NCBI GenBank assembly: GCA_028534125.1
Contig: CM052816.1
Coordinates: 60,762,001-60,826,000 of the forward strand
DNA: 64,000 bases
Reading direction: 5' to 3'
Source: Lama glama
Lineage: Eukaryota
Both the position numbers and the translations under genes were made by a program. Positions 12,226 to 23,950 of the stretch are shown here, piece by piece. Each line of letters starts with the position of its first letter. Within the stretch, counting starts at the first letter, position 1. The notes beneath the pieces are model-generated. The model had not been told where the DNA came from. It did not search any database and was given only the letters and a program-made list of their open reading frames with translations.

Positions 12226-12753
12226 TGTCAACATAATACAGGGTTCATTCCCTGCTATCAGTGGGTCAAATGTTAGCATCTTTAAATATAATAGACATTA
12301 TTTGATTTTACTTTCCACTTACTTCATAAAAATTTCTCCAAATTAAAATTGTATTCCTCTTCTGCCTGCCATGTTCCTTATTTTTCGCCAAAGGAATTTC
12401 AGATCAATCTAGGGCAGGGCTTGAACAACAGTCTTCATGGGCCAAGGTAATTGTGTGATGCTAAGTCTGATGGAGAAAAGAGCAAGAGGAATCCGGCCAG
12501 CTCAATTTATAGCCTGAAGCTTGTGGGTTTGTTCTGTGTGTGATTTTCTGGGCTTCAAATATTGATAAAGGCTATCAAATGAGTCCATCTTAAAAAAAAA
12601 AGTTAGAGTCTTGTGCTGACTGTGAACTAGAGAGATTCAGTATTGAATAGCTAGTATTAATCCACAGAAAAACATACTAAATGCCTGAAAGTGGAGTTCA
12701 GCTAATTAAATAATGAATAATTAAACATGACCACACATATAATCAATGACCCC

Positions 12754-13310
12754 TGTTTCAGTTATCTGTTGCTGTACAAGGAACCGCTTCCAAACAGTGG
12801 CTTTTAAATAAAAACCGTCTATTACCCTCACGAGTCAGTGGGTTGACTGGGCTCATCTGGGAAATTCTGTTCTTCATCGTGTCAGCTGGGGCCATGGTCA
12901 TGTGTGGACTTGATTGACCTGGAAAATCCAAGCTGTCTCCTATGACTGGTGCCTTGGTGGAGACAGCTAGCAGACTGGGTCCAGCTAGGATACTGGGACA
13001 GTTGGGTGCTCCCTATCTTCCCATGTCATCTCCAGGCCTGTCCCTCTCCATACAGTCTCTCCACGTGTCCCCATGTGATTTCTCCAGCAGAGTAGCCACA
13101 GTTTTAATTTGGCAGCTCAGGATTCCCAAAAGCACAGAAGTGGAGGCTGCCAAGTCCTCCCAAGATTTAGTCCCAGGATTAGCATAAGGTCATTTCTGCA
13201 GAATTCTATTGAATAAAGTGAGGCACAGGTGCAGCCCAGGTTCAATGCTCTGGAATCATTAAAGGATCTCTACTAGGAGGTATGGCCCACCATCTAGGAA
13301 GCTGTTTCCG
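12754..13310 (-). mobile_element. MLT1H-type MaLR solo LTR
   Basis: tgtttcagttatctgttgctgtacaag...gtgggttgactgggctcatctggg...ctccagcagagtagcc...ggcagctcagg...gtcatttctgcagaattctattg...cagcccaggttcaa. Confidence 0.8.
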
Positions 13311-13729
13311 CAACCTTAGCTCAACAATGAGAAGAAGCACCGTGTTATAGTCCAGGTCTAGCACTGCTAAGAAATTTGATATATTTGGCCTCTCATCTTT
13401 CCCTTTCAGCTTAATCTTCCCCTAGAGCCCGTTTTGCAGGGGAGCACCATGGCTCCATAGATTCCTGATCTCAGATCAGAAAGGGCAGGTGGCGGTAATC
13501 TGAGCTGTGACGATACAACTTAATTCCACTTATTCAGAGGTGATTCTCTCACTGTTCTACTTTTAGATGACCGAAGAGGTGCATTCACAAAGTTGAGGAA
13601 AGTAGAACTAGAAAATGGGGAGGGCAAGACAGTCAAAATAATCCCTTAACAAATGGGACGGCAGCTGTGGCAAGGCCACAGAATGATGCTACAGGCCGGG
13701 GGAAGAGTTAGGCAGCGCTGGTGTCATCT

Positions 13730-14035
13730 AGACCAGGAATGATGAATTTCGGATCTGCTGTAAACCACAGTGGGATTTCAGAAGAGGAGATGCATTTCAG
13801 AAACATTTATGGTGTCTAATCCATAGGATTTGATGGCCAGTGGCTTTACAAAGAAAGGGGAGAGTAACTCTGAGTTTAGGCACTAGAGTGGCTGGATGAA
13901 TGAGTGCCATTAGAAACCAAGAAAGGAAAGAGAGTAGGACGTGTAATTTGGGGTGAATAATGGAGACTTCACCTTTGGACACACAGATTTGAGGTGTTTG
14001 TAGATGATCTAATGAAGTACAAGGGGAAATTGGAC
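13730..14035 (-). mobile_element. L2 fragment (continues at ~14620-14760 after an LTR)
   Basis: Purine-rich antisense L2 motifs: gtgccattagaaaccaagaaagg, ttcacctttggacacacagatttgaggtg; downstream gaggccatagaggtgaatgagattgtccagggagaga. Confidence 0.6.
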
Positions 14036-14044
14036 AAACGGCTC

Positions 14045-14560
14045 TGTGGTGGCTATCTGCTTGTTTTCCCTTTATTTGATCATCCTTCCTAACCCTCTCT
14101 TCTTTATTTTTTCTACTGTCCATGTCTCCTGCTTTGTGTAGGTGGGAGGTTCTCCAGTGAGTGAGTCTCAGTGAGGGACAGCCCATGCCCCACTATAAAA
14201 TCTTAAAAGGCCAAGTATGTATCCTCCAGCCCCCTTACAAGTGGGATATGTACACATTGATCTAGGGTTGACCCATCAAATGCACCCACTTGAGACTTTA
14301 AATTAGGAATGTGTGACTCAAAGAAACAAGGACAGTGGGGAATACATTCTAGAGGTGGCGATGACATCATTTTCCCAGGACCAGCACTGATAACGAAAAC
14401 GGTAGTGTCCACTGCCTGGGGCAGCAGGGACCTCCTTTGATAATGTGGCTTAGCTTTGGCCTCCCTTTCTTCCAGCCCATTTTCCAACAATTCTGAGAGC
14501 TACATAATGTCTCTTTGATAATCCACGTAGCGGCTCGAGTCTGCCTCTGTGGCTTAATGG
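14045..14560 (+). mobile_element. ERVL solo LTR (LTR41/LTR33-type)
   Basis: Starts tgtggtggct; cccactataaaatcttaaaaggccaag...cctccagccccttacaagt...gatctagggttgacccatcaaatgcacccacttgagacttt resembles recalled LTR41/LTR33 consensus. Confidence 0.55.
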
Positions 14561-16334
14561 CTTAGAGCTGAGATCCCAGGCCAGCCAATACTCTGAATCC
14601 TGGAGGAGGGGCTGGGGGGTTCATCAGAGAAAACATGGAGGTAGAGGCCATAGAGGTGAATGAGATTGTCCAGGGAGAGAGGCTGGAGCTGAGAAAAGAA
14701 GTGGGCTGAGGACAGGAGCCTGAGGAAGGACCATGTGTGAAGGCAGAGTCGAGAAGAGTGCCAACACTGGGCCCCTGAGGGTGGTCACTTAAAGGGTTTT
14801 CTTCCTCTAGCAGTTGATCAAAGTGAAATAATCCAGGGGATAGTGGATTCAGGAGTCAGAGGTGTTTAGGACTCAGAGTCCCACCAACATCAAAGATCCG
14901 TTGGTATCGCAGGTCAGAGAAACCACAAAGACCGTCAAGGGAAGGAGGCAGAACTGGAAGCAGGAGGCCAGCCTCCACAGTCAGGCATTCGGAGAACAGG
15001 AAAGGCAGAAAGGACGAGGCACAGGTGGGGACCTCTGGGTCCAGAGCTGGGGAGAACGCCACCAGCAAGGAGCAGGTACCGAGGTATGTGCTGCACCCGA
15101 GGCCCCCCTGAACTTTCACACTTTATCCCACCATGAGGTGTCTGGCCCCATAGGTACGTCCTTAGAGCCAGAGAAAGAATAAGAACCCTCACAGGCATGG
15201 AACTTATAAAGGAAGAAGGAGGGCTAAGCCTCCTCGAAGATCTCACTCCAGGCAACCCTAACAACTGGGTGGTTTAAATGATAAAAAGACTTTATCCAAA
15301 TTGGAACTAAATAATACATCATATTTCTGGATGTAAGTTCATCACAGGTGTCCAGAGCTACTAAGGGTGAGGAGCCCTATTGGTCAGCATCTCACAATTC
15401 CCTGACACCTGCTGCAGCCCCTGCCTCTCACATCTGCTCGGTACTTTGTCGCGTCGAAGGCACTGATCCCCTAATAGTTGGTACTGCATGAAATCGCCCT
15501 GTAAAACACACTGTCCTGGTCCTTCATTATCATATGTCTAAGCCTCTTCAACTTGGCTAAAGCATCTCCTAGCATTTAATACCTCTTCTGTCCTTCCCCA
15601 GAGTAGCTGCAAAACACCAACGTGTAAGTATTCAGTAGGTACTCAGCCGAGGTGGCTTATATACACAGAACAAGTTTCTATGCCTAAACTTCAGATCAGT
15701 TTTTACCATAGGTCATGGCCTATTTTTCTTACCATAACTTTTTCTTTTTGGCTCTAGTACCTCTCAGATAAAACTAGGACACTGAAATATGAGGACCTAA
15801 TGGCGTTTGGAGACTTCGTTGTCTGATGTCTATAAAGCTGACTAGTCTCCTTCTGGTCAACAAGATCATACGGAAGCTTCAGTGACAAGCTTCTACTTTG
15901 CTAACGATTTTATGATCCTGTTACCCGTTGTAATTGCTTAAATGGCGTTTTAATTAGCTGCTTTAAATGACTTGGCTTTTTTTTTTTTTCCACTAAAAGC
16001 AGTGTGTGCTTTAGTTTAAAATATGGGCCACTGGTGTTTCCTTTTACACGATGGCTATGTTTAGTACAAGGGGGAAGGAGTGTATGTTTGGAAGGGTTTT
16101 ACTCAATCACTTCTGTATCCCAGGTTAATTTCTGGAATATAAATTCTTCAATACTTTCGTGGGTTCAGTGGTGTTATAAAAGGTTTATTACATTTTTCTT
16201 CGTTTTTAAATACTGTTAATTCATTCATGAGCTCTCCAAAGTGCCAGTTTATTTTTGGTAACTGCGTTCATGATTATACACAGTTTTAGAAAGGAGAAGT
16301 GACTTAGTACATTGTGTGTTAGGAAAAAATGCAA

Positions 16335-17185
16335 AGAGAGACACTATGGATACAGATTTGTCTTCTCTGCATTCGTTGCTTCTGCCCAAACTACCATCCG
16401 TGGACTTATCTACTGTCATGGTGTTAGTAAATCACTTCACAACAATAAAGTACAGCAGTGGGCCCATACTCATGAATTCACTGGTCTTAACATGGTCCCC
16501 ACCATCTTGAAGCACCTGGCTTGATAGAAAAAGGGAATGGCCTTTTGAAGATTCAATTCCAGCACCAGGTAGATGGCAGTACCTTGGGCTGGGGCAAGGT
16601 TCTCTAGGAGATTGTCTATGCTCCAAATCAGTGTCTAAAGTATGGTACTTTTTCTCCTACAGCCAGGATTTATGGGTCTGGGAATCAAGGGGTAGAAATG
16701 GAAATGACATTTCTCACTGTTACCCCTAGTGACCGACTAGCAAATTTTTTGCTTTCTGTCCCTGCAACCTGATGCTTTGACGGCCCAGAATTTTTAGTTC
16801 CAAAATAAGGAATTTTTCCACCAGGAGACACAACAGTGATTACACTGAACTAGAATTTAAGACTGCCAACCAGACACTCGGGCAATTCATGCCTCTAATT
16901 CATTAGGCAAAAAGAGAGCTACTGTGCTGGCTGGGGTGACTGATCCTCACCACCAACGAGTAACTGGATTGCTATGCCACAGTGGAGGTAAGGAAGAGCA
17001 GCTGGAATACAGGAGGTCCCTTAGGACATCTCTTAGCATTGCCACGTCCTGTGATTAAAGTCAATGGAAAACTTCAACAACCCAATCCAAGAAGGACTAC
17101 TAATGACTGACATCCTTCAAAAATGAAGTTTTGGGTCACTCCACTGACAAAAAACCATGACCAGATGAGGTGCTTGCTGAGAATG
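16335..17185 (+). mobile_element. Decayed ERV-L internal segment: integrase core/C-terminus followed by dUTPase
   Basis: Conceptual translation across frameshifts: GYRFVFSAFVASAQTTIRGL..HG..HFT..VQQWAHTH..HW..APGLIE/NGLLK (ERV-L integrase); from 16794 LVPK*GIFPPGDTTVITLN*NLRLPTRHSG; from 16921 TVLAGVTDPHHQRVTGLLCHSGGKEE (dUTPase motif 3); then PVIKVNGKLQQPNPRRTTND*HPSKMKFWVTP. dUTPase after IN is the ERV-L arrangement. Confidence 0.9.
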
Positions 17186-17189
17186 ATAT

Positions 17190-17592
17190 GTGGGAAAACA
17201 CAAAATAACAGGCAGAAACCAATTCAGATACACCAGAAATTGCATCAAATGGGTTAAATTTCCTTATTTAAAAAACAGGAGTTCTCAGCTTATATTTTTT
17301 AAATTATAACAACTAAACCCAAGTAAATTATAAGGTATTTAAAAGTCACACCTAGACCTTAATAACACAGATGGTTTACAGAGATTGAAATGATATATCA
17401 AGGAAATAGTGATAGAAAAGACATGTGAAAATATTGTTGTCAGACAAATAAACTTTAAGGCAATAATCTTAGGGATAAAACAGGCCATTATGCTCTGATA
17501 AAAGGAAAATATAATTTTTTTGAATTAATATGCATTTGACAACATAGTCTCAATACGTACAAAGCAAGTTTAGGCAGAATTACCAGGAAACG
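17190..17592 (+). mobile_element. Old LINE-1 ORF2 endonuclease fragment
   Basis: aaatgggttaaatttccttatttaaaaaacag, tgtcagacaaataaactttaaggcaa...agggataaaacaggccattat...tgataaaagg, tatatgcatttgacaacatag. Confidence 0.65.
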
Positions 17593-17969
17593 GTGCTACG
17601 GATGAAATGCTTGTATCCCTCCCTCCCCCAATTCATATGTTGAACCTTAGCCCTCAATGTGATGGTTTTGGTGGTGGAGCCTTTGGGTGGTGATTAGGTT
17701 TAGATGAGGTCGTGAGGGTGGAGACTTCATAACGGGACTGGTGCCCTTATAAGAAGAGACCAGAGAGTTAGCTCTCTCCCTCCCCACCGTGTGACAGTAC
17801 AACAAGAAGGCAGGCACCTGCAAACCAGGAAAAGGGCCCTCGCCAGACACTGAGTCGTACGGCACCTCAGCCTTGGACTTCCAGCCTCCAGAACTGTGAG
17901 AAATAAATTATGCATTGTTTCAGCCATCCAGTTCATGGTATTTTGTAATAGCAGCCTGAACCAAGACAG
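17593..17969 (+). mobile_element. MLT1A-type MaLR solo LTR, full length
   Basis: tgctacggatgaaatg...ccccaattcatatgttgaacc...gattaggtttagatgaggtcgtgagggtgg...ttggacttccagcctccagaactgtgagaaataaatt...gcagcctgaaccaagaca; TG...CA termini. Confidence 0.9.
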
Positions 17970-20660
17970 ATGGGAAGAGCTAATTATTTCAGAAAGACTT
18001 TGCCAGGTGGTAGTGTCTTTGTGGGATCACTGTTTGCCAAGAGTTTAATTTTCTTCAGTTCAAGAAGGGTGCTAGAAAACTGATTAACTAATAATGTACA
18101 TGCAAGGGAAAAAAGTCTTAATAGTCTGTGATTTGTACAGGTGTGTTTGCTTTCACGCAATCACCATCTGCATTGCCCTCTCTGTTTTTTTTTTTTTCAG
18201 TACATCAGCAAAGACTGGGCTGTAGGAGGCCTTCATGTATATTTGGCGTATATTTATATGCAAAGGGAAACTAGATAAGAAATTGGAGAAGGCAAAGACT
18301 CATGAGTGAGGAATTGATTAAGGGAGAAAATGCCTTGAGAAAGGGATGAGCAATACGTCAGGCAGCAAGGTTAGCCTTGAACAGGTAGAGTGACAGCTCC
18401 TCCACTAAGACATGGGGAAAGATGTGTGTGGGCACAGAGAAGTGTATTTGTGGAATGGGTTGGGGCAATTAGTTGAGGGGGTTCCCCCCCATCAACCTGT
18501 GTTTGCTTGCAAGTTATTCAGAGAATATAAACTGTAAAAAGGCAGATATTTGCCTATCTTGTCACCATTATATCCTCAATACTGAAAAAAAGGTACATGT
18601 ACCTGTAAATGCCTAAATGTAATTATTTGTTATGATATTAATGAGCTGTGGCATGCCATGCCGTGATGGAGGGTGGGAGAGGCGAAAACAGAGAGCGTGG
18701 GGAAGTAAGCAAGTTAGTAGTCAGACGGTAGCAGGGCGTTGCAAATGAGCCCAGGACTGAGTGCATCTCTCACAGTAAGCTTTGGTGGCAGGGTTGGGGG
18801 CAGGGAGTAAGCTGTGCACAGCAGGAATCACACTCTTTGAAACAAGAAGTGCTCGAAGGCAATTTCAAGGATCTTTTCAGACATACGGTCTTAAAACTAG
18901 AGGGGAAGCAGTGGCCCTTTACCTGAGGGTGGCATCGCCTTAACCGCTAGTTAATGCAGCTGTCCTATGAAGCCAATGAAACATGAAGCAGCAGCTCAGC
19001 GGAGCCTGAAGGAATCTGGAGACATATATGAAGCCAGTCACTGGAGCCTGGGATTTCCGGCTTAGATGGTATCTTTATTCCATGTACGGGCCTGGATTAA
19101 TACTCAACAACCTTCCTTTTTTAATATTCCATATCGAATCATGAAGACTTGTCCTTACACCCCGCTGTTGCCAAGATTAGAGAAGATCTATAGATTACAG
19201 TAGTTGTGCTTAAGTTGATGGCTTCCTTTTCAGGTAGTCACCTAAAACACCTTGCTGAAACTTGGAAATGCCCACGTCTTATTTGTAGCACCAACTAGTC
19301 ATTTCCTGGGTGAGCTGGGACGATCTTCCCAGATGTCTGCTCATATCTCTCTTCAATGTGCAGTTTCCAACAGTAACATTCTTTTGACTTATCAGAAAGA
19401 AGTGCACCATTTTAGACTGAGGTTTCGGATCTAAAACACCTTCATTTTCTTTTTTCACTCAGGCCCTGAGAAATTCAGTGTTCCTACCCAATGGCCATAT
19501 GTTAATTATTTTCCTTTAACGCTCAAATTTTTACACAATTTAGATATTTCCCTGAAAGAATACCCAAATTCTATGTCAGAATAAAGTTATTAAGGAACTT
19601 GACAAATCTAAGTTGCAATTTTTGACTCACATAGAAGGTAATAATTTGTTTCTTGTTAAGAAACCTTGAGAAAACAGTGTTAGTCTATCTCTGTTAGAAA
19701 CAGATTTTTTTCCCAAAAAATTACATTGGTTTTTGATTAGCAGCTGAATATTGTTCACAGGCAATATCAGTTTTAGCACCAGGATAAGTTTGAGTAACTG
19801 CTATAATATTAACCAAAATACACAGATAGTAAATAGCAGAGACCCAAATCAAAATAGCTCAAAGAAACAAAAAAAAGAATATGTTTTCCTTATATTAAAG
19901 TGGCCTCAAATTTTATCATCACAATGGCTTCATCTCAGACAGGCTTTCTCCAAATGGTGGGAGAGATGTCCCTGTTAGCTCCAGCTTTACACTATCTTTT
20001 TGTTTCCAATCCCAGTAAGAAGAAAGAGAACCCTCTTTCCCTCCATCTATATCAGTCTATGAAAACACTCTGGGCCCCTTGGTTGATACGCTCTCTCAAG
20101 ACAATTTGCTAAGCCCAGGAATTTGGAGTAATAAGATTGGCCAGCCCAAGCCCTGCCTCTCCCTCCCTACCCTCATCCCCATGATGGGAAAGGCAGAGCT
20201 ACATGACTGACAGCCCATCTCCAAAGGCAAAAGATGCTGAGCAGACAAAGAAAAGCAATAAACCTTCATCTCATTCTTTCCAAGACATCTCAGTACAAGG
20301 GATCTGTAATTGGACAGATCTGCACCTTTCACTAGCTTGAGCAAGTTACCTAACCCCTGTGGGTCTCTCTTTTTTTTTTCATTTGTAAAGAACTTGCAGA
20401 GTTGCTGCAAGGTTGAAGGTCACCTATGTAAAGCACTATTCAGCTACTTCCATTCCTGCTTTATTTCCATCTCTGTCCTTGGCTGATAAAACCAGTCCTG
20501 AGCCTGTAGAGAGGAAGACAGTGTTTATCTTTACCACCCACTTCCCTACCACCCCAGCTCTTGGAGCTGTCTCCTGGCTGCCTGCAAGTCTCCCCTAATG
20601 TGTCCTCATAGCCTTTTCTGATCCTCATTACATAAGGTAGCATTCCCTGCCCCATTCTTG

Positions 20661-21001
20661 GTATCTTAGTCCATGCCAGCTGCTATAACAAAATACCACA
20701 GACTGGACAGCTTGCCAACAACAGCAGTTTATCTCTCCCAGTTCTGGAGGCTGAACGTCCCCAGATCAGGGTGCCATCACATTTGGGCTGCGGTGAAGGC
20801 CCTCTTCCAGGCGGCAGACTGCTGACTCCTCCTTGCATTCTCATATGGCAGAAAGGACGAGAGCTCTCTTGGGCCCCTTTCATTAGGGCATGAATTTTAT
20901 TATCAATCACCTCTCGAAGTCCCCACCTCGTAATACTATCATATTAGGGGTTAGGATTTCAACATATGAAGTTTGGAGGCACAAAGACTCAGACCATAGT
21001 A
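20661..21001 (-). mobile_element. MLT1A-type MaLR solo LTR, full length
   Basis: tatcttagtccatgccagctgctataacaaaataccacagactgg...cagttctggaggctg...gttaggatttcaacatatgaagtttggagg...cagaccatagta. Confidence 0.9.
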
Positions 21002-21029
21002 CTCGGTCACTGACTCACTCATCGATACC

Positions 21030-21517
21030 GTGCTGGTTCCTCCCCCTCTAGCTGATGTGTGACCTCTCTCTAATGAGGAAGCAGCAAGATGCCAAGAAAG
21101 AGGAGGACAAAAGTTTTCCTGAGGAGTAACACCTGTGAAAGGAAAAGGGAGAAAACAGGATTGGGCAAAGAGAACTCTCAGACGGGGGTGCAGACATGAC
21201 AAGCTGTTGGCCACCCCAACAGGAAGCTACTCTGAGCAGGGACTACGACACTGGGCAGAAATACCCAGGCCACGGCTCCATCATATTCCTCAGGCTTTGG
21301 CTGGGAGTCACCCAGGAAAAAAGTGCACCCTCAACTACCATCCACATGCTCGGGCATTGACTGGGAGATACCCCAAGATGGTGATGATCTGGGCTCAATA
21401 GCTGAGGCCAACCCCAAAGGAACAGCCAGTGGCCACCACTGATCACAGTCTTCAAAGCTGAGCAGTGAGACCTTCCTTGAAGGGGGATCTGTGTGGTGTC
21501 TTATCAAATCTGTCACA
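21030..21517 (-). mobile_element. LTR16-type ERVL solo LTR
   Basis: aacacctgtgaaaggaaaagggagaaaacaggattgggcaaagag...ccttgaagggggatctgtgtggtg...tctgtcaca; the reverse complement begins tgtgacaga...cagatcccccttcaaggaa as in LTR16. Confidence 0.75.
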
Positions 21518-23499
21518 TCCTCCAAGATACTGTTTAAGAGGAAATGTCTAAGGAATCAACGTCTGGCATCCTGATTATGGAAGGAAGATGGGAAACAAAG
21601 CAGGGGAAACCTCTGAATCACGTCACCTGGAGGCTGCCTACTCAGCCCTCAGAGCCAACCCCACCTACACCCCGATGCCCACTAGGACCTCTCAAACCAA
21701 GGGGCCTTCCAACTTAGTCAAATGCATCCTTCTAGCCTTTCTGTGCTCCTTCAGGTATTGGTATTTTCCCAGATCATATCTATTCAACGCATGGAAGATT
21801 AGAGCCAGGCTGGTGGCCTACGAGGAGCCAATTGTGAGGAGGACTTACTATATAGCAAAATGTAACAAATACTTACCATGTCATGCAATAATGCCCATTG
21901 CACAGCTTAAGAACCTGAGGCCCAGTAAGGATAATTAGCCAAGAACACCCAACTAGTAAATGGGGCTGTGGGTTTTCTAGCTCTGTTGCCCTCCTAAGTC
22001 TATATTCTTTCTATTGGCCACTCAGGAGAGTGTGTAAAACATTTTCCAGAAAGTTTTTTTTAACCCAACATGGTTTTAAAAATATTTTGTGTTTTATTAG
22101 ATAAATTTCTGGCTATTCAGAGTGCTTGGCTATCTAGAATGATCCATTGCAAAAGGGTACCAGAAAGCTGAAACTTCACTCTCTGACGAATTCCACGCCA
22201 AGAGTTCAGCCTGCAAACTATTCGAAAGTGAACTCTCTTTTACAAATACAGCTAACCCTCACGGGCTAACTCTCGATAGCTAATCCCCTTCGAACTTTGA
22301 GGGCTCTTTCTCAGTCTCTCCTTTCTCTGCCAAGTGGCTTCACAGTTTCAGCTGACCTTGGCTATGACATTGAACAGTGTTCATTTACGAAAGCCCTGTT
22401 GACCTGAGCATCTGATCCTCTATTTGTTATTCACATCATATCCTCCCTGCCTTTGAGTGAGGAGTTAATATACATACGAGGACAGCAAGGTCCAAACCTC
22501 ACTCGTTAAAATGAGCAAGCCAGAATTACCACAGGGACCAGTATCAAAAGCGTCTCAGGAAAAACAAAAAAAAAAAAGCATCTCAGGCACAAAAATAGTC
22601 CTGAGTTACTTTTACTTGTTTATATTTAATAAGAGTCTGACGGCCTTCTTCTTGGGAAAGCAGTCTTCAAGGCATTGCTTCTCCCAGCGCCAGGGAAAGG
22701 GCAGACAGACAAGCAAAGTGCTTGGCTAATAAGGACAGAGGCATCTCCATTAGCTGTTTGAAGACGACAAAGGGAATTGGAAACATATTTGTTTAACCAC
22801 AGGACTTACTGCCTTATTATTATTCCTGCTTAGTGTCTGGCTGTATATATGTGCATTCAACGCTGGAATCCACAGTTTGAGATGTTTAACTGCTTATCCC
22901 CAAACAAATGTGCAACTGAGGAGCTGGGGATGTGACCTGAAACACAACACCTGGCCTGCAGGATGCAGAGATTACTGGTAAAAGAGAAAGTAGGCATGGG
23001 GTTCTCATGCATGTCTTTGTTTTTTCCTACCCTAGAACCACATAGATCCTCATCTTAAAAGGCAACCTGAGGAGTTAATGAATGTACTTTTAGCCAAGTC
23101 ACCTGAAATTGTTACCCAACCAAAGCAGAATGCAAATATCTGAGGCTTTCTGATCTGGGGAACGTGGGTTGATGGGGGTTGTATGTTTCGTTATTCATTT
23201 GTTTTTTGGTATCAGCTGCTACTTCTGGAAAGGCAAGTGTGGAAGCGGGTGGTTCACTAGTTGGAGCACGTTGTGCCTTGAGCTCCCGAGCTCGGAGCAG
23301 CCGCAGGGGGAGGCCCAGCTCATCTCTGCTGTCGTCAGCATGTTTGGTCTTCCCTATCATCACCGCTCCGGCTCAGTTAAGCTAGTGCTGAGCTTGGCTG
23401 CAGTGAGATCACTTCCATATGTAACACCCATCTCTGCAGGACACCAGTTCACTCTTGGAAAAGTGTCACTCATTACTTCATTTTCACAACTTTCACATA

Positions 23500-23950
23500 A
23501 AAATTCAGACAACCACACAAAACAAATGCACACCTTAATGAATGATTAAGGCAAATGCTTTTTATAACTACTATTCAGGTCCATAAACAGAACTTTGCCA
23601 GCAACCCCAGAAGCCCTAGCATAAGCTCTTCCTTTCCTCCCTAGGTAAGTACCATTCTCATTTTCAGTCGTCTTCCTTGTGTTTCTGTATCATTTTTCAT
23701 CCAAGTAATAAAAATTATGGATTAGTTTTTCTTTTAAAAAAAGATGTATATTAAGTCTCTTTAAACCTGCAAAACCTCCTCAGTTCTTCTCTTTTCTTTA
23801 TCATTTATCTGTTGAAGAACTCAGGGAGCTGGATGGGGAGAGCGCACCACAGCCTGGATTTGCTGAGGCCTGCGTGGTACAGTCCGAAGCGTTCTCCTGC
23901 CCTAGGGTTCCCTATAAATTAGCAGCTGGACTCATTATACTGCTTGGCTT
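23500..23950 (-). mobile_element. Old LINE-1 (L1MC-type) 3'UTR fragment
   Basis: aacagaactttgccagcaaccccagaagccc, atttatctgttgaagaac...cacagcctggatttgctga, cctataaattagcagctgga. Confidence 0.6.

Noticed and set aside
6487..13310. MLT1G/H LTRs at 6.5 kb and 12.8 kb as the two ends of one provirus
   Set aside because: They are in opposite orientation and the sequence between them is not MaLR internal sequence.
16312..16524. 70-aa ORF as a functional or domesticated integrase gene
   Set aside because: It is a fragment of the ERV-L relic with a deleted catalytic segment, frameshifts and in-frame stops.
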